Source: an uncultured archaeon (GTDB lineage: Archaea > Thermoplasmatota > Thermoplasmata > Thermoplasmatales > Thermoplasmataceae). Taken from it: a stretch of 64,000 nucleotides of DNA. A program made the position numbers and the translations under genes. The stretch is from NCBI GenBank assembly GCA_000965745.1, contig CP009479.1, forward strand, positions 2,162,688 through 2,226,687. Direction: 5' to 3'. The notes under the pieces were generated by a model. It had not been told where the DNA came from, did not search any database, and saw only the letters and a program-made list of their open reading frames with translations. The first letter of the stretch is position 1; each line of letters begins with the position of its first letter. This document shows, piece by piece, positions 28,163 through 36,968 of the stretch.

Positions 28163-29923
28163 TCATGAAGCGAGAACATTCTGTGTTTCATACAGCTTGA
28201 AGAAAAGCCCCCTGTGGGAAATAAGCTCGTTGAATTCGCCCTCCTCTGCTATCTTGCCATGGTCAAGCACCACTATCTTGTCCGCAAAGGAGATTGTAGA
28301 GAGCCGGTGTGCAATTATTATGACGGTCCTGTTCTTCAGGAACCGTGCAAGCGCATCCTGTATTTTCCTTTCGGTGTAAAGGTCAAGCTGTGATGTGGCT
28401 TCATCCATTATTATCAGTTTAGGGTCGCGTATTATTGCCCTGACTATTGAGATTGCCTGTTTCTGGCCTTCGGACAGCCCGTTCCCCCTCTCTCCAATCT
28501 CGGTGTCAAGGCCGTCGGGAAGATTGCTGAATATGTCGTCAAGCCCAAATCCCGTGAATATTTCCTTGATATGGTCATCCGTGCTTCCGGGGTTTGAGTA
28601 CCTTACATTCCCGAGGATAGTGTCTTTGAAAAGCAGCGGCTCCTGAAGCACGACTGAAGTGATGTCCCTGTACTTTGCAGTCCTGATGTCCTCAAGATCA
28701 ACACCGTCAAGGGATATCCTTCCTGCCGAAGGGTGGAAGAACTTCAGTATCAGGTTTGCCAGAGTGGTTTTTCCCGCGCCGGTGTGGCCGACTACTGCGA
28801 CTTTTTCACCCGCTCCTATAGAGAATGTCACGTTCTTCAGTGCATAGCTGTTCCCGAATTTCATGGAAACGTTATCGAAGGTGATTCCCTGGGCAATGCC
28901 TTCGGGTTCATGGGTGCCCTCGTCCCTTTCCTCCTCGTAGTCGATTATCTGGTACAGCCTTCCGAGGCCTATTGTAGCAGACTGGTATGAGTTGTAGAAC
29001 TGTGAAAGCTGTATTACGGGGTCGAAGAAACCCTGAACATAGGAGAGGAAAGAGACAAGAAGGCCGATCGTGATAACCCCCGAAATTGCCTGCCCTGCAC
29101 CTATGTAAATTACAAGTGCAATGCCCGATGCTTCGATTATCCGCACTATGCTTCCAAACATTGATGCCAGCTTCGAGGCTGAAAGGTTTGCATGCAGGTT
29201 AGCATCATTGAGGCCGGAGAACCTGCCTGTCATCCTTCCCTCCGTCGCAAACCCTTTTATAGCCCGTATTCCGCCAATGTCCTCCGCGACCGTTCCCGTC
29301 AGGCTTGCAATTGCCCTTCTGGTGTTGAGGTACCTCTGCCTGACCTTTCCCTGGATTGAGAATGAGAATATGAACAAAACGGGGATAACTGCTATTGCAT
29401 ACAGTGTGAGCGACGGATCGAGTATCCCCATGATGGCTATGGATGCAACGACTGTTGTTATGCCGGACACGACCTGCGAGACCTGAAATGTGAGGAAATC
29501 GCTCAGTGCTTCCGCATCGTTTGTGAGCCTGCTTATGATCCTTCCAGTCTTTATCTCCGTGAAGAATGAGATCGGTACGGACTGGAGTTTACGGAATGCA
29601 TTGTCCCTCAGTTCCTTGATGTACCATTGTGCAAGCACCATGACATCGCGCATCTGTATTTTCCTTGCTACATAATTGATGATGTAGAGAACGGCATAAA
29701 TAAGGGCAAACAAGAGAAGCATTTCCGGGATTCCCGATGTGATTGCATTAACAGCCAGCCCCAGGACCAACGGTGCGGTCATGCCGACGGCGCTTATTGC
29801 CAGAACTGAAGCAATTACCTTTGCAGATTCCCGCCTGTTTTTCAGCAGATCGGATAGCATCCGCTTCATCAGAGACATTGAGCCGTATTTTTCCCGTGCA
29901 TCGTTAAGGTCCCATTCAGTCAT
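28163..29923 (-). CDS. ABC exporter TMD-NBD subunit
   Basis: GHTGAGKT, LSEGQKQ, DEATS, IAHRLST; start MTEW at 29923. Confidence 0.92.
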   Translation of the reverse strand: MTEWDLNDAREKYGSMSLMKRMLSDLLKNRRESAKVIASVLAISAVGMTAPLVLGLAVNAITSGIPEMLLLFALIYAVLYIINYVARKIQMRDVMVLAQWYIKELRDNAFRKLQSVPISFFTEIKTGRIISRLTNDAEALSDFLTFQVSQVVSGITTVVASIAIMGILDPSLTLYAIAVIPVLFIFSFSIQGKVRQRYLNTRRAIASLTGTVAEDIGGIRAIKGFATEGRMTGRFSGLNDANLHANLSASKLASMFGSIVRIIEASGIALVIYIGAGQAISGVITIGLLVSFLSYVQGFFDPVIQLSQFYNSYQSATIGLGRLYQIIDYEEERDEGTHEPEGIAQGITFDNVSMKFGNSYALKNVTFSIGAGEKVAVVGHTGAGKTTLANLILKFFHPSAGRISLDGVDLEDIRTAKYRDITSVVLQEPLLFKDTILGNVRYSNPGSTDDHIKEIFTGFGLDDIFSNLPDGLDTEIGERGNGLSEGQKQAISIVRAIIRDPKLIIMDEATSQLDLYTERKIQDALARFLKNRTVIIIAHRLSTISFADKIVVLDHGKIAEEGEFNELISHRGLFFKLYETQNVLAS

Positions 29924-31664
29924 TGACTGCGGTCGCCCCCAGAAACATTTTTGAAAATGCGCCTTCACTCCCGGAAAGCTCATACAATGGCCCGGATTGA
30001 ATGAGCTCGCCCCCTTCAATGACGAATATCCTGTCAGCAAGCTTCATGGTGGAAAGCCTGTGGGAAATAGTTATGGTTGTAAGCCCATCTACTGCGTCCT
30101 TGAGCGACTCTATGATGTTTGATTCGGTTTCGGCATCGAGAGATGATGTTGCGTCGTCCAGAATCAGTACCCTTGGCCTGGAGGCTATTGCCCTCGCTAT
30201 GGCCACCCTCTGCCTCTGGCCTCCGGAGAGGGTTATCCCCCTTTCGCCGACTTTCGTATCAAGACCGTATTCCTGGTCTTCGACAAAATCGTAAATTGAA
30301 GCAGTTTTCAGGGCACTCACCACATCATCGTCCGTTATTTCAGGATCACCTAGTGTGACATTCTCCCTTATTGACCCTGAAAATATCACAACATCCTGTG
30401 GCACAAGGGCAACAAACTTCCGAAGGTAAGAGAGGTCGATCGTGGAAGTATCCGCACCTCCAACATACACCCTGCCTTCTGTCGGAAGATAGAACCTGGG
30501 AATCATGTCCACGAGGGACGACTTTCCGGATCCCGTTCTTCCAACAATTCCAACGGTCTCGCCTTCCCTTATCTCCATGGAGATGTTCCTGATCACCTGC
30601 TGCCTGCCTCTGACCAGTGAAACGTTATGGTATGATATGCTGTTTTTTTCAGGCTTCTCATTGGAACTTCCGGTTGAGGCATAATCAGCCCTTGAGTCGT
30701 TTTCAACTCCTCCGATTCGCTCCACGCCTGATCTGGCGTTCTCAATAAAAGCCCCAATTCTTCCCAGAAAAGTGACAGGAAACAGCAGCATGGAGTATAT
30801 GTTTATTGACGCCACGAGATTTCCTATGTTCCAGGACGAGTTTATAACCTGGATTCCCGCCTCATAGATTATGAAAGCAGCGCCCAGGCTCACTATGAGG
30901 GAAAGAAGTGGGGTGTAGAAACCCCTGATGGAGGATATGCTCTCATAGTCTGAAAAGTACTTTCCAGTGATTCCAGTAAATTTGCTGTTCTCCCTTTTTT
31001 CAGCGTTAAAGCTCCTTATCACCCTGTGGGCAGTGAGATTCTCCTGAAGATGGTCTCCCATGAAACCGTATCTTTTCCTCAATGACCTCCAGAATGGTCT
31101 CTGGAGCTTCTGCTGATATGCGCTCACTAAGAGAAGGGTCGGTATGAGTGCAACGAATACCAGGAAGTAGTAAAAGCCAAGGCTGAAGAGTATTGCTCCG
31201 GCAACAACTATCATGAATATCGTTGTAAGGAACTGCGACAATCCAACCGATACCAGCCTTCTTACGGCTTCAACGTCCATGGTCATCCTGGAAAGTAGAT
31301 CTCCGGACCCGCTTGAGTCAAAGAATGTGAAGTTCTTGTTGAGCATTGATCTGTAAAGGTCGCTCCTGGCTTCCCTGGCAAGTGTGTGCGACAGGTACAT
31401 TGAGCCATAGCTCACTGCATACTGGACTACCGCTGCTACAGCAGATATTATAACGATAATAACAGAAATGTTCACAACACCGGCAACATTTCCACTTACC
31501 ACCCGGTTAACCGAATCCCCTATGAGCACCGGTATCAGGATCCTGAACAGAATGGATAAGGACGAGAGCGGGATCACCAGCCACAGTGCTCTCTTGTGAT
31601 TCCTGAGATAAGTCCACAGGAAAGAGAAAACAGGCTCAGTTCTACCAAAAACCCCACTTGCCAT
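29916..31664 (-). CDS. ABC exporter TMD-NBD subunit (heterodimer partner)
   Basis: GRTGSGKS, LSGGQRQR, LDDATS (degenerate Walker B). Confidence 0.92.
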   Translation of the reverse strand: MASGVFGRTEPVFSFLWTYLRNHKRALWLVIPLSSLSILFRILIPVLIGDSVNRVVSGNVAGVVNISVIIVIISAVAAVVQYAVSYGSMYLSHTLAREARSDLYRSMLNKNFTFFDSSGSGDLLSRMTMDVEAVRRLVSVGLSQFLTTIFMIVVAGAILFSLGFYYFLVFVALIPTLLLVSAYQQKLQRPFWRSLRKRYGFMGDHLQENLTAHRVIRSFNAEKRENSKFTGITGKYFSDYESISSIRGFYTPLLSLIVSLGAAFIIYEAGIQVINSSWNIGNLVASINIYSMLLFPVTFLGRIGAFIENARSGVERIGGVENDSRADYASTGSSNEKPEKNSISYHNVSLVRGRQQVIRNISMEIREGETVGIVGRTGSGKSSLVDMIPRFYLPTEGRVYVGGADTSTIDLSYLRKFVALVPQDVVIFSGSIRENVTLGDPEITDDDVVSALKTASIYDFVEDQEYGLDTKVGERGITLSGGQRQRVAIARAIASRPRVLILDDATSSLDAETESNIIESLKDAVDGLTTITISHRLSTMKLADRIFVIEGGELIQSGPLYELSGSEGAFSKMFLGATAVND

Positions 31665-32122
31665 GCAATGAATCCTTATCAAAACAAGTATATAGGGATT
31701 GTTGACGATAAAAATATACAAACCTTGCCCGCTTGAGCATATATGTTGAAATCGTTGGAAATTAAATATCCCTCATGCTGCCATATAAAATAAACAGGGT
31801 TGGTCAGGAAGCGTCTGCCATCGTTTATTTCCTTATAGCGTGTGGAGAGAACTGGTTTTTGCAGAATTTATCGTATCGAGTACTTCGTCCTTTCCGGAAG
31901 AGCCCTCATTGCTTTGAGGACATCCCTATTCATTGTATGGAAATGCAGGTGGTGGATTTATTCCACCTCCATGAATAAGATACATTGTGCGCCTATTCAA
32001 CCTGCTGTTCTTTTCAATATAATTCGAGTGCCTGAAAGGATAAGGCCGCTGTTATTTCAATAGAGCAGCGACTTACATTGAGGGATTAAATGTTATACCC
32101 TCCTTCAAATTTGTATATTGGA

Positions 32123-32704
32123 ATGCAGGACTGGAAAATCGAGTACTTCGACAGGAACTACGAGGATTATGATCAGTGGTATGACGAACACCCAAAGGAG
32201 TTCAGTGACCAGGTTGAGTTCATATCATCCATTCTCCCTCACGGAAGGGGCGTCGAGATCGGAGTTGGGACAGGAAGGTTCGCCTCAAAGCTGGGGGTTG
32301 AGGTAGGAATTGACCTGTCTGAAAACATGGTAAAACTTGCCTCCGAAAGAGGAGTTCATGCAATTCTGGCAAACGCTGAGCATCTCCCCTTTGATGACAA
32401 TGAGTTTGATTATTCGCTCAATATGGTGACCATATGCTTTCTGTCGAATCCACTGAAGACACTGATAGAGGCAAAGAGAGTTTCAAGAATCGTTGTAACT
32501 GTGATACTTGACCGGGACTCGGAATATATTTCCAATATAATGAAAGAAAGGAGGGGTTTTTACAAGTTCGCAAAATTCTACACGAGAGACGAGCTTGTTG
32601 AACTGTACAAATCGGCCGGGATTTCCGTTATAAAGGTAAAGGAAAAAGTTCTAAGAACCATGGATGACATTGAGTACAAGCTAGTTGCAGTCACCGGCCA
32701 ATAA
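32123..32704 (+). CDS. Class I SAM-dependent methyltransferase
   Basis: YD.WYD, EIGVGTGRFA, AE.LPF. Confidence 0.88.
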   Translation: MQDWKIEYFDRNYEDYDQWYDEHPKEFSDQVEFISSILPHGRGVEIGVGTGRFASKLGVEVGIDLSENMVKLASERGVHAILANAEHLPFDDNEFDYSLNMVTICFLSNPLKTLIEAKRVSRIVVTVILDRDSEYISNIMKERRGFYKFAKFYTRDELVELYKSAGISVIKVKEKVLRTMDDIEYKLVAVTGQ

Positions 32705-32718
32705 GCACAAAGTCCATT

Positions 32719-33708
32719 CTATTCGGTAAATTTCCGCATATAGAATTTAATGCCGTTGTACTCGACTTCGCTGATCAGCCCCTCTGAGATCATCCTTTCG
32801 ATCAGCTCCCAGCTTTCACCGGACCTTTGCAGCAAATCCTCGACCCCTTCCCTCCTTATCGGGTGAACAGAAGCGACACCCGTGATATCCTCAACTATAT
32901 CCCCTGTGTACGTGAAGAGATTGCCTTCATAGCCTGTTATGCACTCGGTTTTTTCCACAATGCTGCTCATCACCTGATAGGCCCGGTTTAATGAGAATTC
33001 GTCGGGAGGCTCCACCCAGCTTTCTGCCGGAGGGCGCGTAGGTACAGACAGATAAGCGGTCTGGGGCTTCAGTTCGTTAATGTATTTTCCTGTTTCCCTT
33101 ATTGCCTGAACGCCATCATTCAAGCCTGAAACCAGCATGGTTTCTGTGGTAAGAGTACCCGGGAATTCTTTACTAAATTTGATCTGCCCATCCATTATTG
33201 CTTCGAGCGACAGTTGCCTGGAAGGCCTGTTTATCTTTTTCCAAACTTTCGTGTCAACGGTGTCTACCTTCAGGGAAACCCAGTCTGCGAGCATGAGGTT
33301 CTCCCTTACCTCCTTCATCCATAGCAATGATGAGTTTGTAATCACTGCAATTTTTATTCCAGTCTCTTTCAACGATTCAATTTCTGTTCCGAGATTCTTG
33401 TCGAGAGTAGGTTCCCCGTCTGGAACAAAAGTGATGTAATCAACCCTGCCGCCTGACAGTTTGGTCTTCTTGACCCTGTTCTCCACAGCCCTGCTGATTT
33501 CATGAAGATCGAAAAATTCCCGCCTCACTATATCCTCCTCCGGGGTAATGCCAAGCTGGCAGTAAACGCAGGAATAGCTGCATACCTTTGGAGGTATGTT
33601 GTTTACTCCAAGGCTCATTCCAAGCCTCCTGGAAGGGACCGGGCCGTATGCTAGTGAATTCATGGGTACCATCTGGTGATTTCTTGGTGCATGGTTATCC
33701 AAGCTCAT
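32719..33708 (-). CDS. Radical SAM protein
   Basis: YGPVPSRRLG.SLGVN, CSYSCVYC, GEPTL. Confidence 0.9.
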   Translation of the reverse strand: MSLDNHAPRNHQMVPMNSLAYGPVPSRRLGMSLGVNNIPPKVCSYSCVYCQLGITPEEDIVRREFFDLHEISRAVENRVKKTKLSGGRVDYITFVPDGEPTLDKNLGTEIESLKETGIKIAVITNSSLLWMKEVRENLMLADWVSLKVDTVDTKVWKKINRPSRQLSLEAIMDGQIKFSKEFPGTLTTETMLVSGLNDGVQAIRETGKYINELKPQTAYLSVPTRPPAESWVEPPDEFSLNRAYQVMSSIVEKTECITGYEGNLFTYTGDIVEDITGVASVHPIRREGVEDLLQRSGESWELIERMISEGLISEVEYNGIKFYMRKFTE

Positions 33709-33917
33709 ACCGTATAATAATTGAGCGGGTTATCTTTGAGTCCCTAATCATTCTGGCCTTTCAACGTCGTTTCCTGCATTTTCTCGCTTGAAGATGAGAT
33801 CACTGCCTGAAATCAAATAGACAGATATTTGGATGCCAAATAGATGTCCCTTCAGGCTGCTGTCCCATGATGGCGTGGATTGCCGCCTGGGCACACTGAA
33901 AAGTATTGGTTGGTTGA

Positions 33918-34880
33918 ATGAACAGAATAGGAATAACATTGGGAGACCCTTCCGGAATAGGGCCAGAAATCGTTGCAAAATCGGTACTTTCTGAAGATAT
34001 GGATGGCTCCGGCCTGGTGCTGTTAGGGAACCGTGCAAATTTCATAAGTGTGGCAGAGGAGTTGAGCCTGCCACTTGAAAATATTGAAAGTGCCACCTTT
34101 GTGGACATTGAAGCTGGCAGGATTCCAGTAGGCAGAGTGTCCGGAGAATCCGGCAGGGTGGCCAGAGAGAGCATCGAAAAGGCCGTCCAACTGGCGCTTG
34201 ATGGGAAGATAAACGGGATCTGTACAGCACCGGTTAACAAAGAATCTATCCTAATGGCAGGCTCAAAATACAAAGATCATACCGATATGCTGGCTGGCCT
34301 GACCGGTTCAACGGATGTGGTCACCGTTTTTGAGGTTGAAGCCCTGAGGATAATATTCCTCAGCAAACACGTTTCATTAAGGCAGGCGTGCGATCTTGTC
34401 AATGAGGAGAATGTGTACCATTTCATAGAGCTTTCAAAACGCTCTCTGGATTATCTCGGCATATCGCGCAAGAAGATTGCTGTAGCAGCGTTAAATCCGC
34501 ATGGAGGGGAAAATGGCCTTTTTGGAAGAGAGGAGATCGATGAGATTATCCCGGCAATCAAGAGGGCGAAAGCGGAATTTGATGTGGAGGGACCCATTCC
34601 TGCGGATTCTGTTTTCCACCAGGCAGCGTCTGGAAGATATGACATTGTTCTGTCCATGTATCACGATCAGGGCCATATCGCTGCCAAAATGCTCAATTTC
34701 TCGAAAACTGTAAGCATGAATCTGGGGTTGCCGTTCCTGAGGACATCCGTCGATCACGGCACGGCCTTTGACATTGCCGGCAAAGGTATTGCAGACCACA
34801 CCAGCATGAAAGAAGCGATCCTCAAGTGCATCAAATATTCTCCTGCATACAGGGAAAAATTGCAGAAAAACGGGAGTTGA
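33918..34880 (+). CDS. pdxA: PdxA-family dehydrogenase
   Basis: GDPSGIGPE, NPHGGE, MYHDQG, RTSVDHGTAFDIAG. Confidence 0.93.
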   Translation: MNRIGITLGDPSGIGPEIVAKSVLSEDMDGSGLVLLGNRANFISVAEELSLPLENIESATFVDIEAGRIPVGRVSGESGRVARESIEKAVQLALDGKINGICTAPVNKESILMAGSKYKDHTDMLAGLTGSTDVVTVFEVEALRIIFLSKHVSLRQACDLVNEENVYHFIELSKRSLDYLGISRKKIAVAALNPHGGENGLFGREEIDEIIPAIKRAKAEFDVEGPIPADSVFHQAASGRYDIVLSMYHDQGHIAAKMLNFSKTVSMNLGLPFLRTSVDHGTAFDIAGKGIADHTSMKEAILKCIKYSPAYREKLQKNGS

Positions 34881-34953
34881 AACCGGGGAGTTTGCGATAT
34901 TGGATAGATTCTCCCATCAGGCAGGCAAAAGCAAAAAAATTGGTCGAGATGAC

Positions 34954-35289
34954 CTAATCCGGCAAATCGACTTCCACAAATCCACCTGATTCCCTAATTT
35001 CGTAGGTCTTCAGGCCAAGTTTCTCCATCGGGGCATTTTTTGCCACATAGGGCGGTTCTATCATTTTCCCGTTTTCCAGCTCGAAGACTGCATCGTGGCA
35101 CCAGCATTTTACTGTCTTGTTTTCCTGAACCAAGGTTCCAAGTATGCATCTGGCGTGTGAACATACTCCATCCATTGCATACAGTTTTCCGTCAGAGTGC
35201 GCTATAAAAACTACTTTGTCGCCCACCTGCACGGAGGTGTTTCCAGCTTTCTCAAGAGCCTTGAGGGTAATTGTTTTCTTCCAGGCCAT
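34954..35289 (-). CDS. Rieske [2Fe-2S] protein, sulredoxin-like
   Basis: CSHARC...CWCH Rieske ligands; resembles Sulfolobales sulredoxin as recalled. Confidence 0.85.
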   Translation of the reverse strand: MAWKKTITLKALEKAGNTSVQVGDKVVFIAHSDGKLYAMDGVCSHARCILGTLVQENKTVKCWCHDAVFELENGKMIEPPYVAKNAPMEKLGLKTYEIRESGGFVEVDLPD

Positions 35290-35368
35290 ATAGCATCCAA
35301 TTCTATCGATTCAAGTCATATATTAATCATTTATGATCTGTTTGGCTAACCGTGGGTATAGATTAATT

Positions 35369-35475
35369 TGTCCTGGATTCCCCCCGTATGATCTTGGAAT
35401 CTGCTTTCCCTTGGCTAGTTAAAGGCAACTTTATTGCTGGATTCATGCATAACAGTGATCCTGTCCTGGATTCCC
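35369..35475 (+). repeat. 14-bp direct repeat TGTCCTGGATTCCC x2
   Basis: Copies at 35369-35382 and 35462-35475. Confidence 0.7.
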
Positions 35476-35477
35476 GT

Positions 35478-35792
35478 TTACTCCACAAGAAGGGTGTTTG
35501 AAATCACGTCCCTGATAACGACCGTATCTCCTTTTTCAGCGTAGTTTGAGCCGATCACTCTTGCCTTCCAAATCTGCGAGTCGAACTTCACCTCGATGTA
35601 ACCCTGCTTTACGAGTGTAACGGTTGCACTCTTCCCGATCATGGCTTCCCTGCCGGTAAGGGGATTCAGGCCGAACGGGTACCAGACAAACAGCCTTTGG
35701 ACCCATACACCCAATGCAAAGCCGCCCACTATGGATAGTGAAATAAACAGGACAAGAACATATTCCGAGATAATCACGACTGCCACTTCCAT
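35478..35792 (-). CDS. Short NfeD-like protein (TM + OB-fold)
   Basis: TG.EAMIG, WKAR, GD.V.I. Confidence 0.75.
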   Translation of the reverse strand: MEVAVVIISEYVLVLFISLSIVGGFALGVWVQRLFVWYPFGLNPLTGREAMIGKSATVTLVKQGYIEVKFDSQIWKARVIGSNYAEKGDTVVIRDVISNTLLVE

Positions 35793-36351
35793 TCACCTTC
35801 AGGCATAGTTTGAACATACGGGAAGATTAAAGGGTTATGCTTCCAGGGAAGGAGATAAGATTTTCACATGTTGAGGAGACAAGAAGCTCCTTTCTTCTCC
35901 TTGCCCTCCTTTCCCGTATAATGCCGATGATCAGTGTAGGTACGCCGGAAAACATCATCGTGTCACCTGATATACCATCCGACACGAACGTGGCAGTGAG
36001 TTGTTCCCATCTATATCACTGTCCAGATTGTAAAGAGGAGTTTCCGAGTAAGAGAATCACCGTTCATTTCACAAGAAACAATCATATCCGTACTTTCAGG
36101 CTTATTTCCGGATTGACAGTATATGGGGAATCGCCGAAGATTTTGGTCTGAAACCTTACCTGTGGAAAAAAAAGGATTATGCATGTTGGTATGAGTAATC
36201 GTACACATGTCCTAGTGGTTCGTGCAGACGAAGGATAAAGGCAGTACACTATAAAGGGATAGATTTTCCTTGGAAGGCATACAGATTCGGAATTTAGCGA
36301 TCTATTGGGTTAAATCAACGAGTCTGGAAGAGAAAGGTGCCGTTGTATTCC

Positions 36352-36666
36352 TCAAGAGGCACGCTTCTTGGTGGCCGCCCCAACTATCGTGAGGATAAGT
36401 CCAATAACTGCGAGAACGGCCGTTATCGCAAGGAATATTTCTGCGGTTGTCAATGCAGCATCAGGAGATTGCGAAGAATTCAACGACATTAGACCCAATG
36501 AGTTCAACAAGTGATAGCCAAGATTGTTATTGATTGCAGCATATTCACCAAAAAAGAGACTAAAACCTGCCGAGTTTATAACAGAAAGTAGCGCCTCATA
36601 CAAAGTATAGAACTGATAGGCCAGAAATCCGCCAACTATCAGTAAAAACATTCCAACACCAAACAT
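36352..36666 (-). CDS. Hypothetical two-TM membrane protein
   Basis: GGAGG SD before ATG; two hydrophobic helices. Confidence 0.6.
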   Translation of the reverse strand: MFGVGMFLLIVGGFLAYQFYTLYEALLSVINSAGFSLFFGEYAAINNNLGYHLLNSLGLMSLNSSQSPDAALTTAEIFLAITAVLAVIGLILTIVGAATKKRAS

Positions 36667-36772
36667 TCCTCCCCTAATATGATCTCCCCCGTTCTTATAA
36701 TTAACACAAAGGTTCTGTATTTAAATGTTACTTAAAGAGATCAAATACGACAATTTTCATGTTCTATGAGAA

Positions 36773-36846
36773 AGCCGCCGACGGGATTCGATCCCGCGGC
36801 CTCGTGCTTACCAAGCACGCGCTCTACCAGGCTGAGCTACGGCGGC
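36773..36846 (-). tRNA. tRNA-Thr(GGT)
   Basis: GCCGCCG acceptor stem; anticodon arm CGTGC-TTGGTAA-GCACG. Confidence 0.95.
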
Positions 36847-36968
36847 ATTATGCATGGGATAACCCTTCTCTATAAATAATTTCCACGCCTGATTAAGTTG
36901 GGCGCCCTTTTACTCATTTTCTGATGACATACAAAATTCTATTAATCTTCAGCAACATAGGTGGATGG

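Noticed and set aside
31881-31912. Hammerhead-like ...TCCGGAAAGGACGAAG on the minus strand
   Set aside because: Lacks the CTGATGA and GAAA core in the correct positions
31775-32063. Two short ORFs between the ABC exporter and methyltransferase
   Set aside because: No motifs or translation signals; probably spurious
35837-36151. C2H2-like CPDC...H ORF
   Set aside because: Spacing off consensus and the rest is not protein-like; cannot be supported
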